Source of the DNA: Octopus sinensis
Taxonomy: Eukaryota
Assembly (NCBI RefSeq): GCF_006345805.1
Contig: NW_021833756.1
Location: 1 to 55,756, forward strand
Reading direction: 5' to 3'
Length of the DNA stretch: 55,756 nt
Shown here: positions 26,501 through 37,213 of the stretch, in pieces
How positions within the stretch are numbered: the first letter of the stretch is position 1
Layout: each line of letters starts with the position of its first letter
Program-made: the position numbers and the translations under genes
The notes under the pieces: model-generated
The model's input: the letters and a program-made list of their open reading frames with translations, nothing else
Database searches by the model: none
What the model was told of the DNA's origin: nothing

Positions 26501-27644
26501 GAATTTTCTTCTCCCTTGTCCTGTCCTATGCCTTCAGAACGTCCGACGACGGAGTGTTCCTCCACACCAGGGCTGATGGTGGGTTGTTCAATCTTGCGCG
26601 CCTCAGAGCTAAGACCAAAGTCCGTCAGGTGCTGATCAGAGAGATCCTCTTTGCTGACGATGCCGCCCTAACATCACACAACCAGCCGGGTCTCCAGAGG
26701 CTGTTCAGCTCCCTGGCGGATGCCTGCCAAGAGTTCGGCCTTACCATCGGCCTGAAAAAGACAGAGATCATGGGCCAGGACGTCGGAGGGGTCCCCAGCA
26801 TCAGTGTCGGCGACCACAGCTTGCAGGTGGTGAACGAGTTCACTTACCTGGGATCGACGGTCTCCAGCAGCCTGTCCCTCGAGCCGGAGCTGAACAGACG
26901 GATTGGGAGGGCTGCTGCTGCCATGGCTATGCTCTCCAGGAGAGTGTGGGAAAACAACATGCTCACAATAACCACCAAGATCGCAGTGTACCGAGCCTGC
27001 GTGCTGAGCACCCTACTCTACGGCAGCGAGAGCTGGACAACATACACCCGGCAGGAATGCCGCCTCAGCGGCTTCCACATGCGGTGTCTTCGACGGATCC
27101 TTGGCATCTCCTGGAAGGACCCAGTACCAAACGGAGTCATCCTGGAACAGACTAATATGCCAAGCATGCATGCCCTCCTCGTGCGGAGACGACTGCGCTG
27201 GCTCGGACACGTCTGCCGCATGCAGGACGGTCGCATGCCTAAAGACATCCTGTACAGCAAACTCACCACGGGATCCCGACCAAGGGACGTCCACAGCTAC
27301 GATACAGGGATGTGTGCAAGCGCGACCTGAGGACTGCCAACATCTGTGTGGACACGTGGGAGGTAACAGCTGCTGACCGCTCTGCCTGGCGTCGGACAGT
27401 GAGGAAAGGCGTTTCCATGGCTGAGGAAAGGAGAGCACAGCCGTGGTCGGACAGGCGGGACAGGAGGAGGACAACTGCAGCAAAACCCCACACGTACCCA
27501 TCGATGTTCGTGTGCAGCAACTGTACCAGGGACTGCCACTCTAGAATGGACTGTTCAGTCACAGCAGACGCAGCACATCATCAAAGTAGGCCCCACACTT
27601 GGCGCAACCCATTGTCTATCAAGACAGACGGGGAGAAGAGAAGA
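23596..27644 (+). mobile_element. Near-full-length RTE-clade LINE (single APE-RT ORF, decayed), ~0.75-kb 5' UTR, (GAAGA)n-like tail
   Basis: LATWNVRT, ALQETR, LGDFNARVG*..GKMNENGQRLL (in-frame stop at 24904), FIDLAKAFD, GVKQDCVLAPTLF, LFADDAAL, RRLRWLGHVCRM and a C-terminal CSNC knuckle, spread over ORF pieces 24337-27600. Confidence 0.95.
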
Positions 27645-27744
27645 GATATATATACATACATATACAACATGAGAAAATGGAGAAATACATCTAAATCAAA
27701 TATCAATTATCAGATAATACTTTATTACACCCTATATCAATTTG

Positions 27745-27799
<55 letters not shown>

Positions 27800-29118
27800 C
27801 AGTTACGCAATGGGGTCGATATAATCGCCTTAATCCGTATGTCTGTCTTTGTTTGTCCCCTCTGTGTTTAGCCTCTTGTGGGTAGTAAAGAAATAGGTAT
27901 TTCATCTGCCGCTACGCTCTGAGTTCAAATTCCGCCGAGGTCGACTTTGCCTGCTATTTCTAGCATATGGACAGCCTTCTTGAAGGCCTGATCGATTTGC
28001 TTGACTAAATGCGGTGCTCCAGCATGGCCACAGTCAAATGACTGAAACAAGTAAAATAAAAGAACATATATATATATATATATATGTTTTGATTTTCCTT
28101 ATTTCAGTCATTTGACTGTGGCCATGCTGGAGCACCGCATTTAGTCGAGCAAATCAATCCCAAGACATTATTTTTAACCCTAGCGGTTCTTGTCAAGCGA
28201 TGTTGGAGGGGGGAGGGGGTAAACAGACACACACACACACTCACACACACATATATGTATACATTTATATACGATGGGCTTCTTTCAGTTTCCATCAACC
28301 AAATCTATTCATACATACACACACACAAACACACACACATATGTGTGTTTTCATTTCTGTGTCTGCGTGCGCGCGTGTTTCTAGTTCATTACTTGTACGT
28401 GTGTGTGTGTGTGTGTGCGCGCGCTAGTGTATGCGTGTGAGCGTGTGTGTGTGAGGGTGTAACTGTGTATTTTCCTTTTTTGTGTGTGTGTGTGTGTGGT
28501 GTTTGTCCGTATGCATGTGTGCATGTGTGAGTGTGAGTGTGTGTGAGTATTTTCATTTCAGTGTGTATGTGTGACTGTTTTTATTTATGTGTGCGTGTGT
28601 ATTTTCGTTTCTGTGTGTGAGTGTTTGAGTGTGTAACTGTGCATTTTCAATTTTGTGTGTGTATGCTTGTGGGCGTTTGTGTGTGTGTCGTTACGCACGC
28701 ACTGGTGTCGAAAGGCACAAACGCACACATACACACACACAATTGAAAATACAGTCACACACGCACACACCTTTTCCCTGAGTTGCTTAGCAACGGGTAA
28801 TAATAGAGAAGAATAGTTTTATATTGAGAGAGAGAGAAACTCATATGTTATATAGTGAGTTAAATACAGACAGACAGACAGACAGACAGAGAGAGGTAGA
28901 CAGAGAGAGAGAAGAAGGCCTTAAGTACTGATGAAATTAAATGGGGTGAATGGGGTGGGTCAGCAAAAGATACAGAAAATTCAGGTATCCTGTCAACAGA
29001 AACTTTGCATTTTCAATTCTGTCTCAGATACAATCTGACTTTACAATGGCAAACGAAATGAAATGTATATTTCAAGTCAGCGATAATCGGAAGATTTTAA
29101 AAATACACGCAGACAAAC

Positions 29119-29191
<73 letters not shown>

Positions 29192-29706
29192 CACACACAC
29201 ACACGCACACACGCACACACACACACACACTTGAAAATACAGTCACACACGCACACACCTTTTCCCTGAGTTGCTTAGCAACGGGTAATAATAGAGAAAA
29301 ATAGTTTTATATTGAGAGAGAGAGAAACTCATATGTTAGATAGTGAGTTAAATACAGACAGAGAGAGAGCGTAAAAGACAGAGAGAGAGAGAGACAGACA
29401 GACAGAGAGAAGAAGATCTTAAGTAACTTTCTGATGAAATTAAATGGAGTCGTTCAGTTTGTCTGCAAAAGATACAATCGAACGCTACAGTAGCTAAACC
29501 TCTTTCGCTTCATTTTTCGGTTACAAAACGAAATGTCTATTTCATATGTCACCAAAAATCGGAAGATTTTAAAGATACACGCACACAAACACACACACAG
29601 ACACACACACGCACACGCACGCGCACGCGCACACGCACACACACACACAGACACACACACACACACACACAACACACACACACACACACACACATACATA
29701 CATACA

Positions 29707-29737
<31 letters not shown>

Positions 29738-29950
29738 GTATATATATTTCAAAATAGAAAATTACCCTTTAACATGCAATTTTAACATGCTAGAAATAGC
29801 AGCAAAGATTGCTACGATCCATTATTTTCTGGCAAATTTTGAAGTCCATGAAAAATAAAGACCTTTATCTTTTTATATATGTATATATATATACATCTAC
29901 ATATATATATATACACACACACACATATGTATAGATATATAGATATATAG

Positions 29951-30002
<52 letters not shown>

Positions 30003-30044
30003 CATAAATATATAACTATATAAATATATATATAAATATATATA

Positions 30045-30122
<78 letters not shown>

Positions 30123-30126
30123 TATA

Positions 30127-30405
30127 GGCGCAGGAGTGGCTGTGTGGTAAGTAGCTTGTCTACCAACCACATGGTTGCGGGTTCAGTCCCACTGAGTGTG
30201 TATTTGTGTGTCTGTGTTTGTCCCCTAGCATTGCTTGACAACCGATGCTGGTGTGCTTATGTCCCCGATCGGCAAGAGAGACCGATAGAATAAGTACTGG
30301 GATTGCAAAAGAATAAGTCCCGGGGTCGACTTGCTCGACTAATGGCGGTGCTCCAGCATGGCCGCAGTCAAATGACTGAAACAAGTAAAAGAAAAGAATA
30401 AAAGA
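30127..30405 (+). mobile_element. tRNA-derived SINE, internally deleted (paralog at 52334-52612)
   Basis: Head GGCGCAGGAGTGGCTGTGTGGTAAG (A-box-like TGGCTGTGTGG), B-box-like GGTTCAGTCCC, tail AAGTAAAAGA repeats. Confidence 0.85.
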
Positions 30406-30843
30406 ATATATATATGTACCAGTTTCGCACTAGGGTCGATGTAATCGACTTAATCCCTTTGTCTGTCCTTGTTTGTCCCCTCTATGTTTAGCCCCTTGTG
30501 GGTAGTAAATATATAGATATATAGATATTTCAAAATAGAAGATTACGCTTTAACAGGTAATTTCTACATGCTAGAAGTAGCAGCAAAATCTTGGCACGAT
30601 CCATTATTTTCTGGCAAATTATGAAGTCCCGCAGAGATGTATGTATATGTGCATGTACAAGTATTAATACATACATTTTTATACTTATTTACGTGTATAT
30701 ATACACGTGTTGGCATATATGTATATCTATCTATACACACACACACACAGATATATAACTTAGAATAACTTAGAAAGGTTTTTGGCCAGTATTGGCCCAG
30801 GCCATGTCTAACTTAATAGCACCACCTGGCGAAGTCTTTCAGT

Positions 30844-33836
30844 TCAGGATTTGGGCACCAAGGCCCATTCGAGCAGAGAGTTATTGTTTGCGGAGACATA
30901 TCCGGGTGTGGGTGGTTTGTCCGGTACTGTTTGAAGGAATTTGTCCAAAGACTTCTTGAATTTTGTGTGGTCAGTTTCTTTTTTGACGTGTCCTGGTGTA
31001 ATGTTGAAGAGAGCAGGTCCAAATGAGGTGAAATAGTTGTGCCGTATTGTCGTTATGTGATGCGATTTAGATTTTTGTTGTGGACGGATGGCACGTGGTC
31101 CAAGCCTTGGATGCATTTTGAAGGTGATGCCAACATCATTCGGACAGTGCTGATGGAATATTTTCCACATCATACAGATAATGTAGCGTTCACGGCGTCG
31201 TTGGAGTGAATACAATTTCAGCTTCTCTAGTCTACCCCAGTAGTCAAGGTCTGACATGCCATCTATCTTTTTTGTGATTGACCTTTGGGGAGCTTCAATT
31301 CTCATAATATTTTGTTTTGTGTAGGGAGACCACAGTGGACAGCAGTATTCAAGGTGGGGTCGGGCAAAAGTGGAGAAGAGAAGGATAATAGCGTGGGAAT
31401 CTCTCGACTGGAAGGTTCTGAGAATCCAGGAACACATTCTGCGGGCCATGTCAACTTTGCTGCTTATATGTGTAGCCCAGCTTATGTTGTTGTCCACTGT
31501 TACTCCCAGGTCTCTGATGTTGTTGGATGCCATGAGAATTTCTCCAGAAGGAAGAGAGTATGGGAGTTTCAGAGCGTCCTCCCTTCCAAAGTGGATCAGT
31601 TCGAATTTGTCTTCATTTAGCAACATGTTATTCTTTTCCGCCCATTGGACAACAGCCAGTAGGTCTGACTGAAGGTTTATTCGGTCATCCACGCCATTGA
31701 TGACCTTCTGGAGCTTGGAATCATCAGCGAAGGTTCTGATGTTGCTGTGTTTGATGGTGTCAGTAATATCATTTATGTAGATGATGAAGAGAAGTGGGCC
31801 CAACACAGTGCCTTGTGGGACACCACTGCTGACTTTGGCTGGGCTGGATTTGACTCCCTCGACTACAACATGTTGGGTTCTGTTAGAGAGGAAGCACTTG
31901 ATCCATTGCAGTAGCTTTCCAGTGACACCAATATTGGACAGCTTTCTCAGAAGGATCTTATGATCAACCCTGTCAAAGGCCTTGCTGAAATCAAGGTAGA
32001 TGACATCAGTGTTGGAACCTCTCCCAAGGCTCTCAAAATGTCATCAAAATGATGCAGTAGCTGCGTCAGGCAATCTCTCCCATTACGGAATCCATGCTGG
32101 TTGGGGTTCAGCATATTATGACTCTCAAGGAAGTGAGTCATACGCGATCTCAGCACCCTCTCAAATACCTTGATGATATGAGAGGTGAGTGAGATTGGAC
32201 GGTAATTCACGGCAACGATTTGTTTCCTTTTTTGAAAACTGGGACAACAGACTGGGATAGAAGGTCTTCTGGTATATATCCAGCATCCAGTGAGTTCCGC
32301 CACAGATTGGCTAGAGGGGGTGCAAGTTGGTTTTGACACATCTTCAAGACACAAGCAGGGAACCTATCGGGACCTACTGCTGAATTATGCTTCATTTCCT
32401 TTATTGCTGCTAAGACATCAGGAGCGCCAAATGTTATGTCCGATAAAGTGTATTGGGGAGTAACATCACTGATACAGCCCAGATCAGTCATATCAGGATT
32501 GCTGAAAACAGAGCAATATTGTTTCTGCAATATTTCTCCCATGGTTTTGGCATTGTCTTGAAGAGTACCATTTTCATCAATCAGAGGGCCAACAGTAGAA
32601 CCAGTGACTCTGTGTTTTTTTGCAAATGAAAAGAACACTTTGGGATTGAGTTTGATCTTCTCAATGGCCCAGGCCTCTTCAGCTCTTCATGTTGTTTTGG
32701 AGTTTATGTTTTTTAATCTCTAGCGACGAGATGGCAGTCAGGTTGGTGTGTTGCTGTTGACAGTATTTCAGCATGTTGATCTTTTTGTTGATTCTTTTAA
32801 TTTTCCTTATGAGAGATTTTCTATTTCTAGGGATTCGACACTTAGATTTGTTTGCAGATCTTAATGGGGTGTGTCTTGCACATATGTTCGTGATGGTGTC
32901 TACAAGTGACTGCCAGGACTTTTTGATGTTAGTGGGTGTGTATGTGTGCGTGAAGGACCAATCGACTTGTGCAAGATCATTATTGATCGCTTCCCAGTTT
33001 GCATTGTGGAAATCCATAGTGTCAAATGGATGAACAGGAGGAATGACATTTGTTTTGCATTTTGGCCAGTGAAATCTCAGATCACAGAGAACCATGTCAT
33101 GGTCGGAGAGTAGGGTTTTCTCCACTGCAATATTGTGGATAGTATCAGTGTGATTGCTGAAAATTAAGTCTAAGACGTTTTTGTGACATCTCGTTGGTTC
33201 GAGTACCAGTTGGGACAAGAAGAAGTCATCCATGAAGTCAAGAAGCGATTCCACTGCCTCCCTGTCAGGGGTTGAGAGAGAAGAACCTGGCGGCAGACTG
33301 TTTGTAGACCAGTCAACCCCGGGAAGGTTGAAATCTCCCATCATTAAAATGTTGTCAGGTTGACACTGCTGAATGAAACACTTTATGCTGTTGAGGCATT
33401 CCTTGAAGCATGGTAGGGGCGTTTGGGGTGGTCTGTAGAGCCCAACTACTGTTAAGTTGTTGGTTTGACTGAATACAGCGACTGCTTCGCAGTATCCATT
33501 CGAAAATATGTTCATGGCTTCTGTTGAGAATGAATCATGGACATAAATGGCAGTCCCACCCTTTCTTCTGCCAACACGATCAGCACGAATGGTTTTGAAA
33601 TTTTTAACTTTCACCTCGGCTTCCAAGTGGAGGTCACTAAGATGGGTTTCAGTGAGGACGAAGAAAGGGATGTGGTTTGGATGGGCCTCGACCCAGTCCT
33701 CCAGGAAGCTTATCTTCCATTTTTGTGTATTGGTGGAAGGGCTGATGCCTTGGGCATTAAGCAGAAATGTTGAGGCGAGAGTGGATGGTTTTAATTGTTT
33801 TGGTGATTTGTTTATTTGATTGCTTTTTAATGGCAT
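30844..33836 (-). pseudogene. LINE ORF2 (APE endonuclease + reverse transcriptase), split by several frameshifts
   Basis: Pieces 32679-33836 (LTETHL, YRPP, GDFNLP, LDLIF, SDHD), 32207-32638, 31947-32354 (NYRPISLTSH) and 30844-31806 (LGPLLF, TFADD, RPHLEYC). The ATG at 33836 overlaps the ORF1 stop by 10 nt. Confidence 0.92.
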
Positions 33837-35092
33837 GTGTAGTGGGGTAATAGTGGTGGATGGCGGTGGGTGATAGCTCGGATGTTTTTTTCCAGTTCTT
33901 TTGCTAGATTCATTATAGCTAAAAAAGAGGAAGAAGAGGTGGTTTCCTGTCTAGGGAACCGCAGGTGACTGTGGCCGCGGCTATTTTTATGTGAGTGGTT
34001 ATCTTTAAATGTCCGACGAGTCCCCGGGAGATGGGTAAAGGGGCAATCCCTGTGCAAACACAATCTGTCTCGCTGGGAATAGCGGCAGATTTGGGGATTC
34101 CTTGTTTGAGATATTGGTGGTTGTGGTGATGTTGTATTATGGTGGTTGCTGTTGTAGTTTGTGGGGATAGAGCGTTTTGTTCCAGGTAAATGGGTGAATT
34201 TGCAGTCTCTATCAGTGCACAGTCTATGGCGAAGAGAATATCGGCAAATGATGGGGTTTCGAGTGGGTGTGTAGGTGCGTGTGTGTGTGTGAGCTGTGAA
34301 AGGTTTAGATGATAGTTTGTTGAAGTTTTGGCGACCTTTGTGACCTGTAGGAGGTAAATTCCTTGAGATAGCATTAGTAGTAGTAGCTGTAGTAGTAGTA
34401 GTAGTAGTAGGTAGAAGAGATGTTGACAGTGGTAATGATTGAGGAGGTCGATTCCAAGACAAAGATGTTTGTCGATATATAGTGGGAGTAGTACTAGTAG
34501 TAGTAAGCAGAGGAGATGGTGTTGACAATGATGATGATTGAGCTGCTGGGGCAGTGAAAGGAAGGGGTGGTGCTTCCTGCTGTGTGACCCTGATGACTGG
34601 GGGGTCAATCGTTTCATTTAGCAAATCGGCCATTGTAGATGAATCAAGGAGTGGTTCATCCTGTTGTTGTTGTTGAGGTTGTTGTTGTTGCCTCTGAGGT
34701 TGTTGCTGCTGAAGTTGTTGTTGTTGCTGTAGCTGTTGTTGTTGCTGTTGAGGTTGTTGTTGTTGCCTCTGAGGTTGTTGCTGCTGAAGTTGTTGTTGTT
34801 GTTGTTGAGGTTGTTGTTGTTGTTGTTGCGCCGGTGATGCGTTCGAAGAGAAAACACATCTCAGTTTATCGAAGTGTTTATTTATTAATTTAAAAGCAAC
34901 TTCGATTTGTTTTAATTTATTTTGGATCTGCTGTTCAGATCGAGTTTGCAAATGGTGAACTGTTCGTTTAGCAATTTCGTTCAGACACGAAGCACCTATG
35001 CTCTCTGTTTCGGTAAGGCCATGCCATGTGTTGATAAGAACGTCGACTTCATTATCAGACCAGTTTTTGTTGGATTTTTGGTGGCTAGCCAT
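33827..35092 (-). CDS. LINE ORF1, 421 aa: N-terminal Myb/SANT-like domain, polyQ tract, Thr/Pro-rich linker, two CCCH zinc fingers
   Basis: WSDNEVDVLINTW..EIAKR..RSEQQIQNKLKQI; a Q-rich run of ~55 aa; CRYSLRHRLCTDRDCKFTH and CRYSQRDRLCLHRDCPFTH (C-x8-C-x4-C-x3-H). The ORF is uninterrupted. Confidence 0.85.
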   Translation of the reverse strand: MASHQKSNKNWSDNEVDVLINTWHGLTETESIGASCLNEIAKRTVHHLQTRSEQQIQNKLKQIEVAFKLINKHFDKLRCVFSSNASPAQQQQQQPQQQQQQLQQQQPQRQQQQPQQQQQQLQQQQQLQQQQPQRQQQQPQQQQQDEPLLDSSTMADLLNETIDPPVIRVTQQEAPPLPFTAPAAQSSSLSTPSPLLTTTSTTPTIYRQTSLSWNRPPQSLPLSTSLLPTTTTTTTATTTNAISRNLPPTGHKGRQNFNKLSSKPFTAHTHTRTYTPTRNPIICRYSLRHRLCTDRDCKFTHLPGTKRSIPTNYNSNHHNTTSPQPPISQTRNPQICRYSQRDRLCLHRDCPFTHLPGTRRTFKDNHSHKNSRGHSHLRFPRQETTSSSSFLAIMNLAKELEKNIRAITHRHPPLLPHYTCH

Positions 35093-35927
35093 TCTGGTTG
35101 ATATGTTTTATTAAATTTTATTTTGTTCGTTCGTTTTGTTGATTACTTTTAATTATTATTATTATTATTTTTTTTTAAGGAGAAGTATGTAGAATTGATT
35201 GTACAGAATGTTTGTTGTAATACTGAGAAGTTTGTATTTGAATTATGAGCTTGTAGTTATTTTATCTTTCTTTTCTTTTCTTTTTTTTTTTCCCCTCTTT
35301 TTCTAATTTTTAATGTGTGGGTGATCCTTTAGTTATCAGAAGGTGTTTGAAAATATTTGGTCGTTTGAAAATTATGAAAATAGTTTGTGGTTAAGGAAAA
35401 GTCTACTCACGAGTTTGGAAAAAGCGTGGTTTCAAATATACAGGAATATATGTGATGTATATATATATATATATATGTGATGTTATATATATATTATATA
35501 TAATATATATATATATATAATATGTGTGTGTGTGTGTGTGAGTCTGTATATATGTATGAATGTGTGTATGTATGCATGTATCTATCTATCTAACTATCTA
35601 TCAATCTATCCATATATATATATATGCGGATATATTGTACGTGCATGTACAATATGTGTGTAAGCATATATCTATGCACATATATATATATACATTTATA
35701 CATACATACAAACATATATACATGCATACATACATATGTGCATACACATACACATACACACACACACATATATGTTTATAATACACACACATGTATAAAT
35801 GCACATTTAGAAACACATTCATACACACGGCGTATGTAGATGTATGTATGAATGTATGTATTCTTAGAAATATGTTACATATACACACACGTTTATATAT
35901 ATGTACACACATACGTACATACATATC

Positions 35928-35996
<69 letters not shown>

Positions 35997-36029
35997 TACG
36001 TAAATACATATCTATATGTATGTATATAT

Positions 36030-36431
36030 TACTCTTTTACTCTTTTACTTGTTTCAGTCATTTGACTACGGCCAAGCTGGAGCACCGCCTTTAGTCGAGC
36101 AACTCGACCCCGGGACTTATTCTTTGTAAGCTTAGTACTTATTCTATCGGTATCTTTTGCCGAACCGCTAAGTGACGGACGTAAACACACCAGCATCGGT
36201 CGTCGAGCAATGTTAGGGGACAAACACAGACACAACACACACACACACCACATATATATACATATATACGACAGGCTTCTTTCAGTTTCCGTCTACCAAA
36301 TCCACTCACAAGGCATTGGTCGGCCCGGGGCTATAGCAGAAGACACTTGCCCAAGATGCCACGCAGTGGGACTGAACCCGGAGCCATGTGGCTGGTTAGC
36401 AAGCTACTTACCACAGAGCCACTCCTGCGAC
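36030..36431 (-). mobile_element. Full-length ~400-bp tRNA-derived SINE (paralog at 53479-53871; 3'-half copy at ~36850-37070)
   Basis: Head with A/B-box-like motifs at ~36360-36431, internal (CA)/(TA) microsatellite, body, and (GTAAAAGA)n tail at 36030. Confidence 0.88.
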
Positions 36432-36571
36432 TATATTCATTTTTCTGCATTGAACACAGCTGAGACGCCGTACACTCACACATGTATGTGCATGTATACA
36501 CATAAATATATATGTTTATATATGCAATAGAAATATGCACGCATATGTATGTATAAGTTTATATATATATA

Positions 36572-36615
<44 letters not shown>

Positions 36616-36646
36616 CAAATATACATACATATAGATATGTATTTAC

Positions 36647-36692
<46 letters not shown>

Positions 36693-37058
36693 ATATATGT
36701 AGATGTATGTATGAATGTATCTATTCTTAGAAATATGTTACATATACACACACGTTTATATATATGTACACACATACGTTCATACATATCTATATGTATA
36801 TATATAATATACACACACATACGTAAATACATATCTATATGTATGTATATATTACTCTTTTACTCTTTTACTTGTTTCAGTCATTTTGACTGCGGCCATG
36901 CTGGAGCACCGCCTTTAGTCGATCAAATCGACCCCGGGACTTATTCTTTGTAAGCTTAGTAGTCATTCTATCGGTCTACTTTGCCGAACCGCTAAGTGAC
37001 GTAAACACACTAGCATCGGTTGTCAAGCAATGCTAGGGGGACAAACACAGACACACAA

Positions 37059-37091
<33 letters not shown>

Positions 37092-37213
37092 CTAGCAGCA
37101 TAGCCCGGCGTTGCCCGGGTATGTAAGAGCCCCTAATAGGCAACGACTAATCCCAATGTAGTCCTTTCCCTCCAGGGAACGAAGGTGCATGTGGACGTTG
37201 CAATGTCTTGTCT

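Larger units (their letters stand above)
30756..35485 (-). mobile_element. Full-length (~4.7 kb) two-ORF CR1-like LINE inserted in (TA)n
   Basis: 5' UTR, intact ORF1, ORF2 APE-RT and a (TTCTAAGTTA)2 tail. Absent from the paralogous site at ~52960-53005. Confidence 0.93.

Noticed and set aside
28928-28934. CTGATGA as a hammerhead core (also near 29431 and 46883)
   Set aside because: No stem II, GAAA or stem III/NUH arrangement follows.
30127-30200. tRNA gene at the SINE heads
   Set aside because: A/B-box-like motifs are present, but I could not build a full cloverleaf, and the sequence continues into SINE body in multiple copies.
33919-34893. Poly-Asn, poly-Thr and poly-Val ORFs overlapping the polyQ tract
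   Set aside because: These are alternative-frame and antisense readings of the CAA/CAG repeat in LINE ORF1.
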